Below, one piece after another: positions 59,601 to 64,000 of a stretch of 64,000 bases of DNA. The notes below the pieces were generated by a model that was given only the letters and a program-made list of their open reading frames with translations, was not told the DNA's origin and did no database searches. The translations under genes and the position numbers were made by a program. The DNA is from a virus. The stretch's first letter is position 1, and each line of letters starts with the position of its first letter. The stretch lies in the IMG/VR virus record IMGVR_UViG_3300030419_006105, positions 52,367 to 116,366 of that record, one strand, 5' to 3'.

Positions 59601-60204
59601 AAAATATTCATCTACAGGTACAATACCAAAAACTAGAACTCAAATAGACTTTGATCTAACTCAACTTAATTCTGGATATAATTATTTCTTTGTTAATGTG
59701 TCTCTGAGAAAAGGTTATATAGAATTATATGTTAATAGTAAACTATATAGTAAGACAGGCTTTCAAGCAGGTACATATGCATTAGATAACGTTCTCGGCA
59801 CTGGTTGTTATATTGGAGCTGTAAGTACTCCATTCTATTTAACATTAGCTAATAGATTATTACAACCTAAAAAATACTTTGTTAGCAGAGCTAAAATAAA
59901 AAGCTTTAAATTGTATAATAAAACAATGACATATTTTGATATGTTAGCTCATTATAATTATCATTTTAAAGATAAAGATTTAATATGGTCTTATCCATTA
60001 GGGCAACGTACATATGTGGATACGATTGATAAATTAATGAAATTTAATTACCCAGAAAAACTTACTAATAAATATAAAGTTGAAATCGAAAACACTGGTA
60101 TTACAGATAATAAGTTGAAAGAAAAACTTAAAGAAAGAATAACCGGTGAGCTACAAAAAATAACTCCTTATTTTGATGAGGTACAAGATATTATAATATC
60201 TTAA
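56623..60204 (+). CDS. Large virion protein with a split LamG-like domain
   Basis: GDFSTGFWM...; GYNYFFVNV...ELYVN...YIGA...IKSFKLYNK. Confidence 0.65.
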   Translation: MKINSIDTENIIPVEYSHTHDAKIVFRKYRENFDFGLTVDQYYFNQDVKDKKTNYNTQYTLTNLHPLSTVAELDIPFTKDAVDVFSSTIRNDGKYLKNVYTNKDALSGVSAIFVAASQFTDTVGSALGADGGGNTTQVGNLSSQFLYTFTLTSVSADNEQKVEDRIIVSQEYDSVTWYLQAINGLNIDAADVSPTSAQSASRLTIPWTSDGPAGCYFRYALEDNKISLLNPTNAGRVCNALDNLSVSASPGNFTSAAALSTSYFDITRNVLTKNFKHIPNSYTKYTSSFNTDTVDLNTSTVVDHISNNYFVFTNNYNFYYNKSISNENKIKSHADFFPLKNQATLHEYYSENNHFNSEPGYLNRIYEKVNAGTNQQRGYDKIGLSYNIGTYDVVFKPNKLTYFTTPNSISPYTILNIKDSKLENIGSVAGDNPLMSDKVFKRRETVKSNSFSNDIDPVYLCSWLSGSSTGERMWVDRYYNPNITNFTNALTGTSYYSVITAAGAETSQTFDVSSCLTFEPNNDYIFYHVGDNDYENLFKAYNTKYNVASALPLDATDVERTNHTGVQYMNFKGVPLQPYKFKQEDEIILDGESFGRFKTDITGDFSTGFWMYTENNTLPFAYQIVGNYFDEGFGIFNTDLVTPNIILPVENTESGNISKLLFLNNDFEIYDEVVVKDGNVEIEIIGIGRKDNFSEFYVLGRHPDYVGPIIYVYNANNNLISQVEDLKDTPVSEGIIDDFEVGEERVHVLFNPVTEKNFFTYNTNTNQTNSILNSVSADTKGEKGKIIDRATGETIYKVDADNGFGNEISFDNDNKPYVIRRSSPTSAGDLRNYLQKNAQTFFEPTSSHDTSNNLITSGLDKKSRVNGVQIDDENNIIVLHDNNIISILDNDRILQRSREFCDLKNSTFEQSYIDLIYDFENGVYKKYILFIQERGLGFRLTKLDEKLTIIYSKRFTNLNLGSLELTKSVTSFYYLRKIGANKNRFKVVLKTKPKYSSTGTIPKTRTQIDFDLTQLNSGYNYFFVNVSLRKGYIELYVNSKLYSKTGFQAGTYALDNVLGTGCYIGAVSTPFYLTLANRLLQPKKYFVSRAKIKSFKLYNKTMTYFDMLAHYNYHFKDKDLIWSYPLGQRTYVDTIDKLMKFNYPEKLTNKYKVEIENTGITDNKLKEKLKERITGELQKITPYFDEVQDIIIS

Positions 60205-60419
60205 TTACCAGATAAAAATACCTGCTTAATATTTTCAAGATCAGCAACTACTTGCTGTGCTAACGATATACGTTGCGCATCTGCACTCTCCATAATTAAT
60301 TGCTGACCGTTGTGTGTGTGTTCTCTCACTATTTGACGATACTTAAAAATAGCACTATCAATAGCAGCATAAGCTTGTGTAGGTTTTGTTCGTTCGAATT
60401 CACTAATATTCATATCCAT
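60201..60419 (-). CDS. Hypothetical protein
   Basis: 72-aa ORF converging on the structural operon. Confidence 0.6.
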   Translation of the reverse strand: MDMNISEFERTKPTQAYAAIDSAIFKYRQIVREHTHNGQQLIMESADAQRISLAQQVVADLENIKQVFLSGN

Positions 60420-60444
60420 AAAATTATTATAATTACTATTTTAA

Positions 60445-60933
60445 TTAACTCAAGTCTGGTTTATCGGATAACTTTTCTAAAATATGATAAACTTCGATAA
60501 ATTCTTTTTTATACCTTCTTTCAAATCTCCTTGCATCTACTTCCCACTTATTGTAACAATAAGCTCTCCGCTCTTTATCACAATCTTCATCTGTGTAATT
60601 TAATTTAGATTCTGCAACCCCAAATACATTGTCTTGCATCCAATGTCTAAACTCATGAAGAAAATGACTTACAAATGTATCTAATTTTTTTTCTCTACCC
60701 CACCCGTGTTGATCTAAATTTTCTGTTATATAAACTTCGTTAAATCCAAAATAATAACCACTACTGTCTCCTTTTGACTTTATTACCTGCAGTTCAGTAT
60801 GATCTGGCTTTTTCTTCATACGAACCTGATTCAGAATTATATTAAGACACTTCTCGATAACTTTTATATTAATTTCGTTAGCTCGAAGCCATCTTCTCAC
60901 GCTGGGTTTTGCTTTCAACTCAACCACGTTCAT
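60445..60933 (-). CDS. HEXXH zinc metallopeptidase-like protein
   Basis: SHFLHEFRHWMQ...YNKWEVDAR. TAAATA-N5-ATG upstream. Confidence 0.7.
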   Translation of the reverse strand: MNVVELKAKPSVRRWLRANEINIKVIEKCLNIILNQVRMKKKPDHTELQVIKSKGDSSGYYFGFNEVYITENLDQHGWGREKKLDTFVSHFLHEFRHWMQDNVFGVAESKLNYTDEDCDKERRAYCYNKWEVDARRFERRYKKEFIEVYHILEKLSDKPDLS

Positions 60934-60969
60934 ATAATTATTTAGTCGAACTATCCTACTGATCAGACA

Positions 60970-60995
60970 TAAAAAACCTGCGTTTCCGAAAGGTT
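60970..60995 (-). terminator. Second, imperfect terminator-like hairpin
   Basis: Minus strand AACCT-TT-CG-GAAA-CG-C-AGGTT followed by a T run. Confidence 0.5.
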
Positions 60996-61037
60996 CTCTC
61001 CTATTTAAATATATAAAGAATATAAGATTTGGTGATA

Positions 61038-61062
61038 GAAAAACCCCCGTTTCCGGGGGTTG
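61038..61062 (-). terminator. Rho-independent terminator after DUF932
   Basis: Minus strand AACCCCCG-GAAA-CGGGGGTT-TTT. Confidence 0.88.
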
Positions 61063-61082
61063 CTAGAAGCTGTTAGATTTTA

Positions 61083-62108
61083 TTAACCAGCTATCATAAT
61101 TTCTGGTTCTTTGACAATTGGCTTCTTAAATCTGTCAGTACCAGTTAGCAGATTTAATGCACGGCGCTTGAATCGATCCATCTGACCACCTGGAGTGCTC
61201 AAACTACCAATTCGGTTCTGGATGTACTCATGATTCTTATTCTCAATAGCATTTGCCATCCGAGTTGCATGCTGATGATGATCAACATATTCAGTCACTG
61301 CATTAAATGCATCCCAGCGTGACTTACCAAGGTTACCAGCACCTCGTGAGAACAATGCCGCAATATCATTGTGACGATTAATTGTACGCTCATCTTCTGT
61401 ATCTTTCATCGGATATAATTGACCGAGGAAGTTGTACAACTCTTCCTTAGAAATTGCCTTACTATCAAGCTTAGCAAAATCAGTGTACATGTTCTTCAAG
61501 CTATTAATATTCTTAGCGAAGATTTCCTTAACTGTGTCCAATCGCTTCTCCCAATTAGCAAAATGCTGGATTCGATAATCACGAGTAGACTCTTTAGTCA
61601 TCGCAACAAACTGATTATTACATGCACCTCGCATTGACGTCGGGAAGATACAATTAGACACAATACCATCCTGACCAATCAACATTGTAAGCATGGAATT
61701 AATCTTATCACCCTTACGATTAGGAATCTCAAATGTATAATCTTTTGGCAATTGTGCCTGTACCCAAATCCGACTACCACCACGCATAACACCAGCAGCC
61801 TTATAATCTGCTCCATACATTTTACGAACCTCGTCAAATGCATCAATTAATTCATGATTCTGAATCGGTGCATACTTACGACCAGTAACAGCGTAAACCT
61901 GACCAGTCTTATTATTACGCAATCCGTAAAACCTGTCGAAATTGTCGTTTCCGGTGGCTTCTCCTAGATTGACCTGCTCTACCTCGAAATCTAGACCAGC
62001 TTTACTATAAAGCTCATCTTTACTTGAGATCTGATGAACACCTTCTACTGCTATTGCTGAGTGTTCGTTAATATCCTGTAATGCTACGTTTCTGTCGTTA
62101 ACTCTCAT
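61083..62108 (-). CDS. DUF932-family phage/plasmid protein
   Basis: AGLDFEV, Y.PIQN.E, AG...GG.RIW, R..CNNQ, H, WDAFNAVTEYVDH. Confidence 0.85.
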   Translation of the reverse strand: MRVNDRNVALQDINEHSAIAVEGVHQISSKDELYSKAGLDFEVEQVNLGEATGNDNFDRFYGLRNNKTGQVYAVTGRKYAPIQNHELIDAFDEVRKMYGADYKAAGVMRGGSRIWVQAQLPKDYTFEIPNRKGDKINSMLTMLIGQDGIVSNCIFPTSMRGACNNQFVAMTKESTRDYRIQHFANWEKRLDTVKEIFAKNINSLKNMYTDFAKLDSKAISKEELYNFLGQLYPMKDTEDERTINRHNDIAALFSRGAGNLGKSRWDAFNAVTEYVDHHQHATRMANAIENKNHEYIQNRIGSLSTPGGQMDRFKRRALNLLTGTDRFKKPIVKEPEIMIAG

Positions 62109-62117
62109 AACTCGTTT

Positions 62118-62146
62118 ATTATAGACTGTCTCTTATTCTTTATCAA
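62118..62146 (-). promoter_or_regulatory. Early sigma70-type promoter of DUF932
   Basis: TTGATA-N17-TATAAT, then AAACGAGTT-ATG. Confidence 0.8.
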
Positions 62147-62240
62147 CTACTTTCTTCCGGATATATGAGCCTTTACCCTTTCGAGGCTTGTGAACTCGAG
62201 TTCCTGTATTGAACTTGATTATTACTCTTGGCTTTTTCAT
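62133..62240 (-). CDS. ArfA-like (alternative ribosome rescue factor A motif) micro-protein, 35 aa, not in the ORF track
   Basis: MKKPRVIIKFNTGTRVHKPRKGKGSYIRKKVVDKE* compared with E. coli ArfA RVEKNKKGKGSYMRK. Confidence 0.7.
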   Translation of the reverse strand: MKKPRVIIKFNTGTRVHKPRKGKGSYIRKKVVDKE

Positions 62241-62311
62241 TTTTCCGGAACTTAATCTGAAGTTTATTCTGATTAACCATTATTCGCATTTTTACTGCCA
62301 TAACTTCGATT

Positions 62312-62340
62312 ATTATAGGTATTTATAATGAGACAGTCAA
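62312..62340 (-). promoter_or_regulatory. Early sigma70-type promoter (with a TATAAATA box in its spacer)
   Basis: TTGACT-N17-TATAAT, then AATCGAAGTT-ATG at 62301. Confidence 0.8.
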
Positions 62341-62840
62341 GTCTTTTGTTTTGGATACTCCAAAATTTGATATTCTAAAAGTAACTTAGTGTTATTTATT
62401 TTTTGTCTATCGTATTTATTGTATGTACCACTCCAATGAAATTCTCCGGCGCAGAAGTCAGCACGACCATACCACTCATCATGCGGTATTATAAAGTGCA
62501 TATTATTTAATATATCAATTATTGTCATATAATCGAATAAATTTCTCTTATTTTTATTACATGAATTAATTCGCAAGTATCCTTCTTTTCCGTTTTTATC
62601 TTTTTGCCGATAACTAGTAGATTTGACCTCGTATTTTTTACCGTTAATTATTCCGTCATATCCTGGAGCGTCGCAAAATTCTCCATTATAATAATCAAAG
62701 AATTGACGTTCAACTATGTGACCTTGTAAAATATTGTCTTTTTTTATTTTCATATCAAAATCCGGTAAACGCGGATCTCGCAAAAATAATGTTTCAGGAC
62801 GCTCTTTACAACGATTAATGATAGAGTTTATATCAAACAT
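62337..62840 (-). CDS. Putative PD-(D/E)xK nuclease-like protein
   Basis: G..VE...GYDGIINGKKYEVKST. Confidence 0.6.
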   Translation of the reverse strand: MFDINSIINRCKERPETLFLRDPRLPDFDMKIKKDNILQGHIVERQFFDYYNGEFCDAPGYDGIINGKKYEVKSTSYRQKDKNGKEGYLRINSCNKNKRNLFDYMTIIDILNNMHFIIPHDEWYGRADFCAGEFHWSGTYNKYDRQKINNTKLLLEYQILEYPKQKT

Positions 62841-62873
62841 ATTTTTTTAGCTACCGTTTAGAAGCTAACGATA

Positions 62874-62902
62874 ATCATAGGGTCATTTTGAGTAACAGTC
62901 AA
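62874..62902 (-). promoter_or_regulatory. Early sigma70-type promoter
   Basis: TTGACT-N17-TATGAT upstream of the ORF starting at 62840. Confidence 0.72.
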
Positions 62903-63168
62903 GTCTTTTGTTCCGGCAATGCTTTCGGTCGAATTATATCTGAATTTTCGTTGATATTGCAACACACCCGGCCAATAAATTTTCTGGCTTCGGCAATGGC
63001 TTTATCATTGATCTTCCGGACATCTTCCGGTTCGTTACAGGTGGTGAGTTCTGTACCATGATATATTAGCATATTTGCTAATTCCATATAAAAGCACTTA
63101 TAATCGTACTTATTTTGTGACTTTGAAGGCATCGAGTAATAATTGTAATGTGTCTTTTTCAACTTCAA
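62899..63168 (-). CDS. Hypothetical protein
   Basis: ORF present. The real start is probably a downstream ATG (MPSKSQ). Confidence 0.55.
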   Translation of the reverse strand: MKLKKTHYNYYSMPSKSQNKYDYKCFYMELANMLIYHGTELTTCNEPEDVRKINDKAIAEARKFIGRVCCNINENSDIIRPKALPEQKT

Positions 63169-63619
63169 CTATGACTTCAGGTTCAGCTGCTGCCGTAATA
63201 CCTTCTGAGTCATAATCCCCATATATGTCATCACCATCTTCTTCGAATATACTAGGATCTAATACTTTCGGGGCTTTTGTATTAGCAGACTCTAATATAT
63301 TTTGTTTCTTTATATCTAAAACTATTAAATTAAGTAGTTGGTTAACAACTGTGTCTTTCTTTGCCCTTGCTAAGAAGTCTGTACAATCTGCCTTCGTGAA
63401 TACACCTTCTAGCATTGCAATAGGGTTTTTAATCTGTGAGTATATTAAATGAGGTAAATATAGCTCTGCAACCTTCGCGCAGTCTCTTATAACATAATAA
63501 GCGGATTTCTTAAGTATTTTTACTCCTGTATCCGGCTCTTTTGCTGCTTTCTTAGCAGCTCGTAAGAGTTTAGCTTCTTTATTTTTAGACTCTTTGAGAA
63601 TCTTTTCTTCGAAAGTCAC
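63110..63619 (-). CDS. Hypothetical late protein
   Basis: TAAATA-N5-GTG upstream. N-terminus MTFEEKILKES. Confidence 0.7.
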   Translation of the reverse strand: MTFEEKILKESKNKEAKLLRAAKKAAKEPDTGVKILKKSAYYVIRDCAKVAELYLPHLIYSQIKNPIAMLEGVFTKADCTDFLARAKKDTVVNQLLNLIVLDIKKQNILESANTKAPKVLDPSIFEEDGDDIYGDYDSEGITAAAEPEVIVEVEKDTLQLLLDAFKVTK

Positions 63620-63623
63620 GTAA

Positions 63624-63737
63624 TTATTTAGTCCTTAGTCGAGACTTAATCCAACGATAATAGTAACTAATATACAATCTCCAATTTTTTATTCGCCACT
63701 TCCATCCGTTAATGGCTAATTGTACGAAAAAGTTCAA
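63624..63737 (-). CDS. Possible Trp/Arg-rich small peptide (37 aa, TTG start)
   Basis: MNFFVQLAINGWKWRIKNWRLYISYYYRWIKSRLRTK*. TTGA overlap with the upstream stop, and it fills the gap. Confidence 0.45.
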   Translation of the reverse strand: MNFFVQLAINGWKWRIKNWRLYISYYYRWIKSRLRTK

Positions 63738-63967
63738 GGTACCTCTATTAAATAGATTGAATCATTCGTCTCTGCGTTTAAGCTACGCAAATACAACATG
63801 TATTCATCTCTCTCTTCTCTCGTAAGATTATCATGTAAACTTAACTTGTTTTGTATTATCCTATTTGCTTTAGCTTCTACTGGCTCTTCTATCGAATATA
63901 CAATAATACCAATTATAATTAATACAAATAATAATAGCGTCTTACTTATTTCTCTTATCAATATCAT
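63734..63967 (-). CDS. Hypothetical membrane-anchored protein
   Basis: N-terminal hydrophobic helix LLLFVLIIIGIIVY. Confidence 0.6.
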   Translation of the reverse strand: MILIREISKTLLLFVLIIIGIIVYSIEEPVEAKANRIIQNKLSLHDNLTREERDEYMLYLRSLNAETNDSIYLIEVP

Positions 63968-64000
63968 AAAAAAAACTACATACCATACAAAACAACGCTA

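Larger units (their letters stand above)
62333..62912. repeat. 18-bp direct repeat ACAGTCAAGTCTTTTGTT (copies at 62333-62350 and 62895-62912)
   Basis: Identical copies. Each holds a -35 box and the QKT* end of the upstream ORF. Confidence 0.85.

Noticed and set aside
45526-60204. Diversity-generating retroelement targeting the lectin/fibre genes
   Set aside because: No reverse transcriptase and no template/variable repeat pair seen in the window.
60934-61082. tRNA or known structured RNA in the intergenic gap
   Set aside because: No cloverleaf or T-loop consensus found by eye, only terminator-like hairpins.
660-61637. Many short opposite-strand or alternate-frame ORFs in the supplied track (e.g. 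660-908, 3046-3366, 8497-8817, 18763-19089, 25114-25446, 33340-33648, 54284-54670, 58785-59057, 61419-61637)
   Set aside because: They lie wholly or largely within well-supported genes, have no motifs or start signals, and look like shadow ORFs.
1-64000. Stop-codon reassignment
   Set aside because: Conserved genes are full length in the standard code, and TAA, TGA and TAG all terminate genes.

Overview
This window is a 64-kb AT-rich internal segment of a T4-like (myovirus) bacteriophage genome, almost fully coding in the standard genetic code. Positions 1-20.7 kb hold a + strand replication/recombination module (gp47/gp46, family B polymerase, UvsX, gp41 helicase, DHH protein, gp32, gp45, RNase H, primase). 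Interleaved with it are two glycosyltransferases, a QueC / GMP reductase / class II amidotransferase block and NDP-rhamnose-type enzymes. Positions 20.7-29.6 kb hold small late proteins on both strands, a neck protein, the large terminase, and a minus-strand host-like cassette (RmlA, ferredoxin, two unannotated membrane peptides, Tat-signal DUF1552). The last two suggest a Verrucomicrobiota/Planctomycetota-type host (inference). Positions 29.7-60.2 kb hold tail sheath, tube, baseplate and large lectin/LamG adsorption proteins, interrupted by a putative small terminase, dUTPase and clamp loader. Positions 60.2-64 kb hold minus-strand early-type cassettes with individual sigma70 promoters. Most notable observations: an unannotated ArfA-like (KGKGSY) micro-protein; the QueC-GuaC-GATase-GT block with an atypical polymerase motif B; a recurring [LVI]-[ST]-[AG] motif in virion proteins alongside sugar enzymes; a TAAATA-N5-7-ATG leaderless late-gene architecture with palindromic bidirectional promoters; a shared N-terminal motif on small late proteins; and a local CCGG cluster. 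All assignments come from motif recognition by eye, with no database searches.
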